Assembly (NCBI GenBank): GCA_035296625.1
Contig: DATHAO010000049.1
Span: forward strand, 3,264 to 67,263
DNA: 64,000 nt
Direction of reading: 5' to 3'
DNA from: Acidimicrobiales bacterium
GTDB taxonomy: Bacteria > Actinomycetota > Acidimicrobiia > Acidimicrobiales > VFJN01
In this document: in pieces, positions 17,527 through 26,716 of the stretch
How the letters are laid out: every line of letters begins with the position of its first letter
Position numbering within the stretch: position 1 is the stretch's first letter
Translations under genes and position numbers: made by a program
Notes under the pieces: model-generated
The model's database searches: none
What the model saw: only the letters and a program-made list of their open reading frames with translations
What the model was told of the DNA's origin: nothing

Positions 17527-18728
17527 CAGGCACTGGCGACACCGAGACCGACCCGTCCGAGCCGGGGGTGAGCCGCCCGCCGAAGCGCCGGGTCGGCGCG
17601 CCCCTCGACGACGGGTTCGCCGCGGCCGACGGCTTCGACGAGCCCACGGGCCTGGTGAGGGCGGACGCGGCGCTCGCCGCCCCCACGGCCACGATCCACG
17701 ACCCCGACACGGCCCGGGCCCACCGGCTGGGCCTGCGCTGGTGGCACGAGCTCCTCTACATCGTGATCGTCTACGTGGCCTACTCGGCTGTGCGGAACCA
17801 GTTCGGCTCGGGCGCCGGCAACGTGGTCGACCCCGACCCGGCGTTCCACCACGCCGAGGCGATCATCCACGTGGAGCGGGCGATCGGGCTCTACGTCGAA
17901 CGGACCCTGCAGTCGTGGTACCTCGACCTGCCGGGGGACGGGCTGATCCGCTTCTGGAACGTGTACTACGGCATCTTCCACTTCGTGGTCACGGCCACGG
18001 CGCTGATCTGGCTCTACCGGGCCGCGCCGGCCCGCTACCGACTGTGGCGCAACACGCTCGCCCTCACCACGATGCTGGCGCTCATCGGCTTCGCCACGTT
18101 CTCGCTGATGCCGCCGCGCCTCATGGACGATCCCGGCATCTACGGCGGCTGCCCCGTCTACGCGGACGGTCCCCTGCCCGACGAGGCGGGACGCGAGCCG
18201 TGCGACGACTTCGGCTACGTCGACACGATCGCCGTCTACGGCGGCTGGGCCTCGTTCGGCAGCGACGAGATGGCGGCGGTGTCGAACCAGTACGCGGCGA
18301 TGCCGAGCATGCACATCGGCTGGTCGGCGTGGTGCTCGTTCGTGCTCGTGCCGCTGCTGCGGCGCCGCTGGCTCAAGGCCCTGGCGATCGCGTACCCGCT
18401 GTTCACCCTGTTCTGCATCGTGGTCACGGCGAACCACTACTGGATCGACGGGCTCGGCGGCCTGGCGTGCCTGGGCGTCGGATTCCTGCTGGCGCGGGCC
18501 TGCACGAGGTGGTTCGAGGCCCGGCATCGGGCCCGCCACGGCCTCACCGACCCGGCGGTGGACCCGTCGGTGGCGGTCGGCCCCGCCCTGCCTGGCGCGG
18601 CCCGGCTCGACCTGACGCGGCCCGCGCGGGCCCTCAGAGGCTCAGCCGGTAGCGCCGCGCTGGCGGACGGCGAGGGTGACCCGCCCGCTTCGGCGGGACA
18701 CCGGTCAGCACAATGGGCGACATGTTGA
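17523..18728 (+). CDS. PAP2-superfamily membrane protein (inositol-phosphorylceramide-synthase-like PAP2_3 type)
   Basis: ATG 17523 overlaps the upstream stop (ATGA). Polytopic, with AMPSMHIGWS (PSxH) and TANHYWIDG (HxxxD) phosphatase motifs. Confidence 0.7.
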   Translation: MTGTGDTETDPSEPGVSRPPKRRVGAPLDDGFAAADGFDEPTGLVRADAALAAPTATIHDPDTARAHRLGLRWWHELLYIVIVYVAYSAVRNQFGSGAGNVVDPDPAFHHAEAIIHVERAIGLYVERTLQSWYLDLPGDGLIRFWNVYYGIFHFVVTATALIWLYRAAPARYRLWRNTLALTTMLALIGFATFSLMPPRLMDDPGIYGGCPVYADGPLPDEAGREPCDDFGYVDTIAVYGGWASFGSDEMAAVSNQYAAMPSMHIGWSAWCSFVLVPLLRRRWLKALAIAYPLFTLFCIVVTANHYWIDGLGGLACLGVGFLLARACTRWFEARHRARHGLTDPAVDPSVAVGPALPGAARLDLTRPARALRGSAGSAALADGEGDPPASAGHRSAQWATC

Positions 18729-19330
18729 TCGAACATGCTGGGCGCCGGCCGTGGGTGCATCCCGACGCCTACGTCGCTCCTACCGCGGTTCTCTCCGGCG
18801 ACGTGCGCGTCGGGGCGGACAGCCGCGTGTTGTTCGGCGCGGTGGTGAGCGACGACGGCGGCCTGGTGGAGATCGGTCGCAGGTGCGTCGTCATGGAGCA
18901 TGCGGTGCTGCGGGGCACCGGCCGCCATGCGGTGACCGTCGGCGACGATGTGCTGATCGGTCCTCACGCCTACGTGTCCGGTGCCTCCCTGGCCGACGCT
19001 GTGTTCGTCGCCACGGGGGCCATGGTGTTCAACGGCGCCCGCATGGGCGCGGCGAGCAGTGTGGCCCTCGGCGGCGCCGTGCACATCGGGTGCCGGCTGG
19101 AGCCGGGGGCGCGCGTGCCGATCGGTTGGGTGGCGGTCGGAGACCCGGCCCGGCTCCATCCGCCGGACCATGTGGATGCGATCAGGGATGCGCTGGAGGA
19201 CCAGGGTGGGTTCCTGCCGTTCGTCTTCGGTACCGACCCGTCGCTCGCCCGGCCCGAAGCGATGAAGGCAGCCATGGGTCGGTATGTCCGCGGGCTGGAG
19301 GCCCACAAGTCCGACCAAGTCATCGGGTGA
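18713..19330 (+). CDS. hexapeptide-repeat (left-handed beta-helix) protein, gamma-carbonic-anhydrase/PaaY-like
   Basis: Has repeating [LIV]-G-x4 hexapeptides (VRVGADSRVLFGAVV..VEIGRRCVVMEHAVL..VTVGDDVLIGPHAYV). Overlaps the PAP2 gene end by 16 nt. Confidence 0.6.
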   Translation: MGDMLIEHAGRRPWVHPDAYVAPTAVLSGDVRVGADSRVLFGAVVSDDGGLVEIGRRCVVMEHAVLRGTGRHAVTVGDDVLIGPHAYVSGASLADAVFVATGAMVFNGARMGAASSVALGGAVHIGCRLEPGARVPIGWVAVGDPARLHPPDHVDAIRDALEDQGGFLPFVFGTDPSLARPEAMKAAMGRYVRGLEAHKSDQVIG

Positions 19331-19354
19331 GAGACCGGCCCCATCACCGGTCCG

Positions 19355-20416
19355 TCAGCTCCCGGCCCCCCAGCGGACGTCGTCGCCCTGGTAGCCGGTC
19401 GTGCCCACCACGTCCATGGTGCCGCCCGGCCACCAGGTGAGGCGCACGTCGGCAACGGGGCCGGCGGGTTCCATCCGCAACCACGCCACGGGCGCCTCGG
19501 CCGTGGCGGCCGCCCCGGCCCGGGCCAGCGCCGCTCGCAGGCGGTCGCGCGTCGCAGCGCCGACGTACTGCCAGACGATCGAGTGGACGACGACGGTGGC
19601 CACGCCGGGCACCGACGCCGCCAGCCGGTCCTCGGCCCAGGCCCCGAGGTCGGCGTCGTCGACCTGCGCCCGGGCCGGCGTGGCCACGACGATGTCGAGG
19701 GCTGCGGACAGGCGCTGGAGGCGGTCGACCTGGTCGGCCCACACGTAGGAGCGCAGCGTGCACCGCCCGTCCTCGGTCGTGGGGTCGAGCGGTGACCGGT
19801 CGCACCCGGCCCGTTCGGCGACCATGACGGCCACGTCGCCCAGCTCGGGCGGCGTTCCCCGCCACCCGCCGACGAAGCGCACGTCGCTCGCCGGATCGCC
19901 GAAGGTCGAGGCCCCCGTGTCGTACCAGTAACGGTCCCAGTACAGGTTGAGGCCCGCGCTGGCGCCCAGCTCGAGCACCCGGAGCGGCAGGCCGCTGCGG
20001 CGCACCACCTCGACGAACCCGCCGACCAGGGCTCGGCAGCGGCCGACCTCGTTCGTCTGCACCGGCCTATGGATGCGTGCCTCGATGGCGGGCGCCAGCT
20101 CGGCGACCGCCGCCAGGAAGTCGGCCACCAGGTTCGGACCGGGAGCGCCGCCGGCGGAGGGATAGTGGGCGGCCAGTCCCGGAGCCCGGCCGGCGAGCAC
20201 GAGCCAGTGCAGGGCGCCGAGGAACCGCAGAGGAAGCACCGAGCCGAACGGCTCCTGCTCGTGCGGCCGGAGCACGGCAGCACACGGTCCGCCGGCGGCC
20301 ACGTCGTCGATCGTGGCACCGAGGAGGTCGGCGTAGAGGGTCGATCCCAGCCGCGCACACGCCGTCCGCTGGTGGTCCAGCACCTCGGGCAGCGTCGTGG
20401 GTCCGCGAGTGGTCAC
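19355..20416 (-). CDS. DUF2332 family protein
   Basis: 353 aa. Contains STLYADLL, LRFLGALHWLVL, VQTNEVGR and ELGASAGLNLYWDRY, which match my memory of DUF2332 signatures. Confidence 0.55.
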   Translation of the reverse strand: MTTRGPTTLPEVLDHQRTACARLGSTLYADLLGATIDDVAAGGPCAAVLRPHEQEPFGSVLPLRFLGALHWLVLAGRAPGLAAHYPSAGGAPGPNLVADFLAAVAELAPAIEARIHRPVQTNEVGRCRALVGGFVEVVRRSGLPLRVLELGASAGLNLYWDRYWYDTGASTFGDPASDVRFVGGWRGTPPELGDVAVMVAERAGCDRSPLDPTTEDGRCTLRSYVWADQVDRLQRLSAALDIVVATPARAQVDDADLGAWAEDRLAASVPGVATVVVHSIVWQYVGAATRDRLRAALARAGAAATAEAPVAWLRMEPAGPVADVRLTWWPGGTMDVVGTTGYQGDDVRWGAGS

Positions 20417-20545
20417 GACAGCTCTCTACCAGAAAGGGTGGGGCCTGCCGGTGCGCCGCGTGGCCGGTTCGGGGGGCCGGAAGCTACCGTGAGTCCGTTC
20501 GGGACCAGCTCGGTCCGCTTCGATCTTCCGGCGGGAGCCGACTGC

Positions 20546-22441
20546 ATGCTCCTCGATGCGATCACCCAACCGTCCGATCTGCGGGCGCTCTCCGAGGAGC
20601 AGCTCGCGCAGCTCGCCGTCGAGATCCGCCAGCACATCGTCGACGCCGTCGAGCGCAACGGCGGTCACCTCGGGTCCAACCTGGGGGTGGTCGAGCTCAC
20701 CTTGGCTGTCCACCGGGTGTTCGAGTCGCCGCGCGACATCATCCTGTGGGACACCGGCCACCAGGCCTACGTGCACAAGATCCTCACCGGTCGCCGCGAC
20801 GCCTTCGCCACGCTCCGCCAGGCCGGAGGTCTGTCGGGCTATCCGTCGCGCGCCGAGAGCGAGCACGACTGGATCGAGAACAGCCACGCCTCTCCCGTCG
20901 TCAGCTACGCCCACGGCCTTGCCACCGCCCAGCGGGTGACCGGCCGGACCGACCGGCGCATCGTCGCCGTGCTGGGCGACGGCTCGCTGACGGGCGGCAT
21001 GGCGTTCGAGGGCCTGAACAACCTGGGCCACTCGGGGGCCCGGGCCGTCATCATCCTCAACGACAATGGCCGTTCGTACGCCCCGACGGTGTCGAAGTTG
21101 AGCGAGAGCCTGGCCCGGTTGCGCGCCAACCCGTCCTACATCCGCAAGCGCGCCCGGCTCGACAAGCTGTTGCACGAGGTGCCGGTGGTCGGCGGGCACC
21201 TCGAACGGGTGGGCGACGCAGCGTTCACGGCGCTGCGCGAGATGTTCGAGTCACCGGCGTTCTTCGAGACGCTCGGCGTGCGCTACGCGGGCCCCTTCGA
21301 CGGCCACGACATCGCCGGTATCGAGCGGGCGCTGCGCGATGCCGCGGAGTACGACGGGCCGATCGTCGTGCACGTCCTCACGCAGAAGGGCCGCGGCCAC
21401 GGCCCCGCCGAGAACGACCCGATCAAGCGGCTGCACGACATGGGCGAGGCCAAGCCCGGCAGCTACACCGCCGCGTTCACCGAGGCCGTGATCAAGGAGG
21501 CCGAGATCCGGCCCGAGCTGGTGGCGATCACCGCCGCCATGCCCGACTCGACCGGCCTGCTGCCGTTCAAGGAGCGGTTCCCCGACCGGTTCTTCGACGT
21601 GGGCATCGCCGAGCAGCACGCGGTCACCGCCGCGTCCGGCATGGCCATGGGCGGGCTGCGCCCGGTCGTCGCCATCTACTCGACGTTCCTCAGCCGGGCG
21701 TTCGACCAGGTCAACCTCGACGTGGCGCTGCACGGCCAGCCGGTCGTGTTCTGCCTCGACCGGGCCGGCATCACCGGCGACGACGGCGCCAGCCACCACG
21801 GCGTGCTCGACATGGTGCTCCTCACGAAGGTGCCGGGCATGACCATCTTCGCCCCGTCGTCCTACGCGGAGCTGGGCGTGATGCTGCACGACGCCCTCGA
21901 CCTGTGCACCGACGGCCCCTCGGCCGTGCGCTGGTCGAAGACGATGCCGCCCGATCCGGGGCCGACCGAGATCGGTCACGGCCTCACGGGCCGCAGGGTC
22001 CGCGGGGGTCGCGATGTGTGCCTGCTCGCCGTGGGCAAGACGCTCGCCGCCGCGGAGGACGCGGCCGACAGACTGGCGGCCGAGGGCGTCGAGGCGACGG
22101 TGTGGGACGTGCGCGTCGTGACCCCGCTCGACGAGGCGATGCTGGCCGACGCCGCCCGCCACCCGGCCGTCGTCACGATCGAGGACGGCTACCGCGACGG
22201 CGGTGCCGGCTCGCTGATCGCCACGCGGCTCGCCGACCTCCACGCGGCCGCCCGGGAGGCCGGTCCGGCCGACCCCGGCACGCCGCTCCCGCCGGTCGTG
22301 AACCTCGGGGTGCCGGTGCGCTTCATCCCGCAGGGCAAGCCCGACGCCATCCTGGCCGAGCTCGGCCTCGACGGCGCCGGCGTGGCCGCGTCGGTGCGGG
22401 CCACCCTGGCCGCGGCGGCCTCGGCGCCCACCGCCGGCTGA
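20546..22441 (+). CDS. dxs: 1-deoxy-D-xylulose-5-phosphate synthase
   Basis: 631 aa from ATG 20546. Contains GGHLGSNLGVVELT, WDTGHQAYVHKILTGR, GDGSLTGGMAFEGLN, DVGIAEQHAV and DRAGITGDDGASHHG. Confidence 0.93.
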   Translation: MLLDAITQPSDLRALSEEQLAQLAVEIRQHIVDAVERNGGHLGSNLGVVELTLAVHRVFESPRDIILWDTGHQAYVHKILTGRRDAFATLRQAGGLSGYPSRAESEHDWIENSHASPVVSYAHGLATAQRVTGRTDRRIVAVLGDGSLTGGMAFEGLNNLGHSGARAVIILNDNGRSYAPTVSKLSESLARLRANPSYIRKRARLDKLLHEVPVVGGHLERVGDAAFTALREMFESPAFFETLGVRYAGPFDGHDIAGIERALRDAAEYDGPIVVHVLTQKGRGHGPAENDPIKRLHDMGEAKPGSYTAAFTEAVIKEAEIRPELVAITAAMPDSTGLLPFKERFPDRFFDVGIAEQHAVTAASGMAMGGLRPVVAIYSTFLSRAFDQVNLDVALHGQPVVFCLDRAGITGDDGASHHGVLDMVLLTKVPGMTIFAPSSYAELGVMLHDALDLCTDGPSAVRWSKTMPPDPGPTEIGHGLTGRRVRGGRDVCLLAVGKTLAAAEDAADRLAAEGVEATVWDVRVVTPLDEAMLADAARHPAVVTIEDGYRDGGAGSLIATRLADLHAAAREAGPADPGTPLPPVVNLGVPVRFIPQGKPDAILAELGLDGAGVAASVRATLAAAASAPTAG

Positions 22442-22526
22442 GCGCCGGCTCGCCGGCCCGCGCCCGGTCTTCTCGCGTGCCCGGCCGGATCGGCGCAACC
22501 GGCGCGACCTCACGCCCGACGCGACA

Positions 22527-22558
22527 AGGCCCGGACCGGATTTCTCCGGCCCGGGCCT
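22527..22558. terminator. strong GC hairpin between convergent dxs and nfuA-like genes
   Basis: AGGCCCGGACCGGA-TTTC-TCCGGCCCGGGCCT forms 13 bp with one mismatch. There is no U-tract. Confidence 0.5.
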
Positions 22559-22644
22559 CTCCCCCTGGTCGCCCCCAGCGGACCTGGGTTCACCTTACCC
22601 TTTCCTGGTGTCGCCTGTCACATGGTGTAATCGACGTGCGCGCC

Positions 22645-22666
22645 GGAAAGGTAACGGCTCCTTTCC
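22645..22666 (-). terminator. hairpin immediately downstream of the nfuA-like stop
   Basis: GGAAAGG-8 nt loop-CCTTTCC lies 5 nt from the TAG stop at 22672-22674. Confidence 0.35.
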
Positions 22667-22671
22667 ATACC

Positions 22672-23274
22672 CTACGTGAAGTACGGGTTCTCGCCCAGTT
22701 CGTGTTCGGTGACGTCGATGACCTCGGAGACCTCGGGGATGGCCTCCTGGATCGAGCGGGCGATGCCCTCGCGCAGCGTCATCGCCGACACGGCGCACCC
22801 CTGGCAGCCGCCGCCCATGGTCACGAACACCTTGTCGCCCTCGACGCGGTCGAGGGCGGCGAACCCGCCGTGGGAGGCCAGAGCTGGGTTGATCTGCTGG
22901 TCGAGCAGCTGCCGGACCTTCTCGTCGACCGTGCCGGTCAACTCGACGTGGACGCCCGAGAGCGGATCAGGGCGGTTCGGGTTGCGCAGCACGAGCCCGG
23001 CCTGGCCGCCGTTGGACGGCAGGTCGAGCGTGGCGCCCCGCAGGGCGTCGAGGCTGTCGACCGGGATGATGACCGACAGGTCTCCGGCACGCTCGACGAC
23101 GTCGCCGGCGCCGGTGTCGGCCTCGGCGATCGGGTCGAACATGAGGTCGTAGGTGTACTCCACGCCGCGGACGCCGGTGACCTCGATGCGGAGGCCGAGA
23201 GCGTCTGGCTCGTCCTCTTGCGCCCGCAGCTCGAGGATCTTGTCCCGGGCGGGATCGGTGACGGTCAGAAGCAT
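22672..23274 (-). CDS. Fe-S cluster biogenesis protein, NfuA-like (HesB/IscA-like N-domain + NifU C-domain)
   Basis: 200 aa. The C-terminal domain has INPALASHGGFAALDRVEGDKVFVTMGGGCQGCAVSAMTL (CxxC NifU motif). Confidence 0.8.
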   Translation of the reverse strand: MLLTVTDPARDKILELRAQEDEPDALGLRIEVTGVRGVEYTYDLMFDPIAEADTGAGDVVERAGDLSVIIPVDSLDALRGATLDLPSNGGQAGLVLRNPNRPDPLSGVHVELTGTVDEKVRQLLDQQINPALASHGGFAALDRVEGDKVFVTMGGGCQGCAVSAMTLREGIARSIQEAIPEVSEVIDVTEHELGENPYFT

Positions 23275-23599
23275 GTGGCCAGGTTACCGCCGCCCTCCGC
23301 CAGGTAGAACGGCCACAGGGATCGGCGGGGCGGCTGCCCGGTCCGCGACGCCGCTTCGGTTGCGTCTCTCGGTGGCTTCACCGCTCCCGCATGCTCGACA
23401 CGGCCAAGGCCCACGCCGCCACGGCCACCGAGAAGCTGCCGGTAGCCACCCGGGTCCGGGCGTTCACCGACCGCCTGCCGCGCCCCAGCGCCGAGCCGTG
23501 GACCCCCCGAGCCCGTCGCCCTCGTCGAACCGGCGTCATCCGAGCCCGCTACCCGGGCCTGATCGACGCCGGATCGCCGAACGGGGCCGACCGGCGCCG

Positions 23600-25591
23600 T
23601 CAGTAGCGGGCGGCCTCGGCCTCGTCGGCCAGTTCGAGCCACGTCTCCTCGGCTGCGCTCAGCTCGGCGCTGACCGCCGCCATCTCCCGGCCGACGCGGG
23701 CCAGCTCGACGTGGTCGCCCGTGCCCGTGGCCGCGTGGAGCTCCTCGGCCAGGGCGGCGTGGCGCTTCTCGAGCGAGCGCATGGCCTTCTCGGCCTGCTT
23801 CATGAGGTGGCGGAGCGTGCTGGGCGATCGCCCGGGGCCCAGGTTCCGGCCGTTGCCGGCGTTGTCGCCGCCGGGCGTGGGGGGCGTGCCGCCGTCGCGA
23901 CCCACCGGCCCGCGCCCGACCCTCGGTCCGGCGCCGCGGCCGCCGGCACGCGTCGAGCCGCTCCCGCCTGCGGCGCGAGCTGTGGAGGCTGTGGACGCGG
24001 CGGCGGGTGTGGCCGCCGGGGCCGCCGCGGCGGTTCGGGCCGCTCGGGCCGCTCGGCTCGCCCTCGCCGTTCGGGCCGGCGCCGGGCCGGCCCCGCCCGC
24101 GGAGGTGGTGCGGCCCCGCTGGCGCTTCGCCCGGCGCTCCGCCTCGTAAGCGGCATGGCCCCCGGGGACCCGCCCGGCGTGGCCCTGGCCGTCGAGCACG
24201 ATCACGTCGGTGACCGTGCGCTCCAGGAACGCCCGGTCGTGGCTCACGACGACGAGGGCGCCGGGCCAGTCGTCGAGCATGTCCTCGAGGGCCCGGAGCG
24301 TGTCGAGGTCGAGGTCGTTGGTCGGCTCGTCGAGCAGCAGTACGTTCGGGGCCTGGCGAAGCAGCAGCACGAGCTGCAGGCGCCGCCGCTCGCCCCCCGA
24401 CAGCAGACCGATCGGCGCCCACTGGGCGTCGGTGCCGAACCAGAAGCGCTCGAGCAGGGCGGCGTCGGTCCAGTCGGGCTGGCGGGCCGGACCGGCCACG
24501 GCCTCGCGCACCCGCCGGTCGAGCGGCAGGTCGATGCCCCGCTGGTCGTAGACGCCGACTCGCACCGTCGACCCGGTCACGACCTGGCCCTCGCGTGGCG
24601 TGCGGCGGCCGGCGATCACGTCCAGCAGCGTCGTCTTGCCGCTGCCGTTCACGCCCACGACGCCGAGTCGCTCGCCGGGCCCGAGCGCCAGGTCGACGCC
24701 GCGGAACAGCATGCGGTCGCCGTAGCCGTCGGCGACGCCGTGCAGCTCGACGACGGTGTCACCGAGCCGAGGCATTTGGACCAGATCGGCCAGGGGGAGG
24801 TCGTCGGGCCGGTCCCTCTCGGGGGCGCGACCGTCGATCACGGCCCGGGCGCCGGCGATGTGGGCCTTCGGCTTGCGGGTGCGGGCCGGGGCGCCCCGGC
24901 GCAGCCAGGCCAGCTCGGCGCGGGCCAGGTTGCGGCGCTTGGTGTCGGCCGTGGACTCGCGTTCGGCCCGCTCGACTCGGGCGGCCAGGTAGGAGGCGTA
25001 GCCACCCTCGTGGACGTGGCCCGTTCCCCGGTCGAGCTCGAGGATGCGGGTCGTCACCCGGTCGAGCACGTGGCGGTCGTGAGTGACCAGGACGAGCCCG
25101 CCGCGAAAGGCGGCCAGGCGGTCCTCGAGCCAGGCGATGGCGTCGAGGTCGAGGTGGTTCGTCGGCTCGTCGAGGATCAGCAGATCGTTCTCCGTCGCCT
25201 CCCCGACCTCGACCAACGCTCGAGCCAACGCCACCCGCTTGGCCTCGCCACCCGACAGCGTGGCGACCTCGGTGTCGGCGAAGCCGGCCATGCCCAGGCG
25301 ATCGACGATGGCCTCCCCCTCCCAGCCGCCGCCGACGGCGTGGCGCACGCGGCCGGCGGGCAGGTCCGCCTGCTGGCCGAGGGTCACGACCCGGGCGCCC
25401 CGACCACGCCGGACCACGCCGTCCTCGGGCGCCACCGTGCCGGCGAGGACGCCGAGCAACGTGGACTTCCCGCCGCCGTTGATGCCCACGACCGCCAGCC
25501 GGTCACCGCTCGACACCGTGAGCGACAGGCCGGTGAACAGCGGCTTCCCGGGCCGGCTCACCGTCAGCTCGGCGGCGTCGACGAGGATCAC
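23600..25591 (-). CDS. ABC-F family ATPase (Uup-like, two ABC domains, C-terminal coiled coil)
   Basis: Has two Walker A motifs (GINGGGKST, GVNGSGKTT), two LSGGE signatures and two LLLDEPTN(D/H)LD Walker B motifs. GTG start at 25591. A 96-aa Ala/Arg/Gly-rich linker precedes the C-terminal helix. Confidence 0.88.
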   Translation of the reverse strand: MILVDAAELTVSRPGKPLFTGLSLTVSSGDRLAVVGINGGGKSTLLGVLAGTVAPEDGVVRRGRGARVVTLGQQADLPAGRVRHAVGGGWEGEAIVDRLGMAGFADTEVATLSGGEAKRVALARALVEVGEATENDLLILDEPTNHLDLDAIAWLEDRLAAFRGGLVLVTHDRHVLDRVTTRILELDRGTGHVHEGGYASYLAARVERAERESTADTKRRNLARAELAWLRRGAPARTRKPKAHIAGARAVIDGRAPERDRPDDLPLADLVQMPRLGDTVVELHGVADGYGDRMLFRGVDLALGPGERLGVVGVNGSGKTTLLDVIAGRRTPREGQVVTGSTVRVGVYDQRGIDLPLDRRVREAVAGPARQPDWTDAALLERFWFGTDAQWAPIGLLSGGERRRLQLVLLLRQAPNVLLLDEPTNDLDLDTLRALEDMLDDWPGALVVVSHDRAFLERTVTDVIVLDGQGHAGRVPGGHAAYEAERRAKRQRGRTTSAGGAGPAPARTARASRAARAARTAAAAPAATPAAASTASTARAAGGSGSTRAGGRGAGPRVGRGPVGRDGGTPPTPGGDNAGNGRNLGPGRSPSTLRHLMKQAEKAMRSLEKRHAALAEELHAATGTGDHVELARVGREMAAVSAELSAAEETWLELADEAEAARY

Positions 25592-25598
25592 GGGGGCC

Positions 25599-25861
25599 GA
25601 CGGTACCGGCTTCCCCAGCCGGACCGGTGCGGCCAGCGGCCCCCCGGACCGACCGGTACGGGGAGCGGCAGCCCCCAGGCCGCGGCCGGTGCGGTCGACG
25701 GCCAGTCCCCCGGCCCGACCGGTGCGGTCGACGGCCAGTCCCCGGCCCGACCGGTGCGGGGAGCGGCGGCTCCCCAGGCCGGACCGGTGCGGGGAGCGGC
25801 GGCTCCCCAGGCCGGACCGGCGCGGGGAGCGGCGGCTCCCCAGGCCGGACCCGTGCGGCGG
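25599..25861. repeat. intergenic minisatellite: about 8 tandem units of about 33 bp in three sub-families
   Basis: Units 25749-25781 and 25782-25814 are identical (GACCGGTGCGGGGAGCGGCGGCTCCCCAGGCCG). Unit 25815-25847 differs at 1 nt. Two units carry a CGGTGCGGTCGACGGCCAGTCCCC(C)GGCCCGAC variant (about 25687-25748). Further degenerate units extend to 25599. Confidence 0.9.
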
Positions 25862-25876
25862 TTAACGTCGGCGGCC

Positions 25877-26716
25877 ATGCGGCGAGACGGCATCCTCTCC
25901 GGCCCGCTCGACATCGACGGCCCCCGGCGGAAGCCGCCGACCAACCCCACGGTCGAGGGGCGGCCGGGCCTGGCGGTCCAGCACCGCTCGACCGGGGTCG
26001 AGGGCACGATCCTGCGATTCGAGCACGGCGGCGTGGCGGTGCGGGATCGCTACTCGAAGGCCCGCCGACTGCTCCGGCTGGACCCCGGCGGATTCGTGGT
26101 CGACGGGATCCGCGTCACGCTGGTCCCGCCGAAGGCGTCGCCGGCCGGCGCCACGCGGCCCGCTCGCACGGCGTCGGGCTCCACGGCGGTCGCGGGACGA
26201 ACTGCCCGTGTAGCCCGGGCCAGCCGCATCCTCGTCGAGGGCATCCACGACGCCGAGCTGGTCGAGAAGGTGTGGGGCGACGACCTACGAGTCGAGGGCG
26301 TCGTCGTCGAGCGGCTCGACGGCATGGACCACCTGGCGGACGTGCTACGCGAGCTGCAACCAGGCCCGGGCCGGCGCCTCGGCGTGCTGCTCGACCACCT
26401 GGTCGACGGCTCGAAGGAGTCGCGCGTCGCCGCTGCCGTCGCCCACCCCCACGTGCTCGTCAGGGGCACTCCGTTCGTCGACGTCTGGCAGGCGGTGCGG
26501 CCCCGGGCGGCCGGCGTCGCCGTCTGGCCCGACGTGCCGAAGGGCCAGCCCTGGAAGGAGGGGGTGATCGCCGCCCTCGACCTGCGGATGGCGCCCGGCG
26601 AGTTCTGGCGCACGCTGCTCGGGCGGGTGCGCAGCTTCGCCGACCTCGACCCGGCGCTCGTCGGGGCGGTCGAGCAGCTGATCGACTTCGTAACCGCCGC
26701 CTCCGAGGACGCCTGA
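25877..26716 (+). CDS. DUF3097 family protein
   Basis: 279 aa from ATG 25877. Contains GVEGTILRFEHGGVAVRDRYSKARRLLRLDPGGFVVDGIRVTLV and a C-terminal ILVEGIHDAELVEKVWGDDLRVEG region, as remembered for actinobacterial DUF3097. Upstream track ORF 23153.. is an artefact. Confidence 0.55.
   Translation: MRRDGILSGPLDIDGPRRKPPTNPTVEGRPGLAVQHRSTGVEGTILRFEHGGVAVRDRYSKARRLLRLDPGGFVVDGIRVTLVPPKASPAGATRPARTASGSTAVAGRTARVARASRILVEGIHDAELVEKVWGDDLRVEGVVVERLDGMDHLADVLRELQPGPGRRLGVLLDHLVDGSKESRVAAAVAHPHVLVRGTPFVDVWQAVRPRAAGVAVWPDVPKGQPWKEGVIAALDLRMAPGEFWRTLLGRVRSFADLDPALVGAVEQLIDFVTAASEDA

Noticed and set aside
23391-23606. 71-aa plus-strand ORF (MLDTAKAHAATATEKLPVATRVRAFTDRL...) in the 325-nt gap between the nfuA-like gene and the ABC-F gene.
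   Set aside because: The first 40 codons or so have high third-position GC, so it could be a real small protein. However, the C-terminal half is Arg/Pro-rich, it overlaps the ABC-F stop, and I recognise no family. The evidence is insufficient to call it.
25599-25861. Possible CRISPR array, because of the regular repeats of about 33 bp.
   Set aside because: The units are directly adjacent with no unique spacers, and no cas genes are in the window. It was classified as a minisatellite instead.
25622-25876. N-terminal extension of the DUF3097 protein through the 33-bp repeats (the frame is open and there is a GTG in each unit).
   Set aside because: There is no ribosome-binding site that I can see, and the canonical ATG at 25877 gives a product of normal length. 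The openness of the frame is expected by chance in GC-rich repeats. It is kept as a caveat under the repeat finding rather than as a feature.
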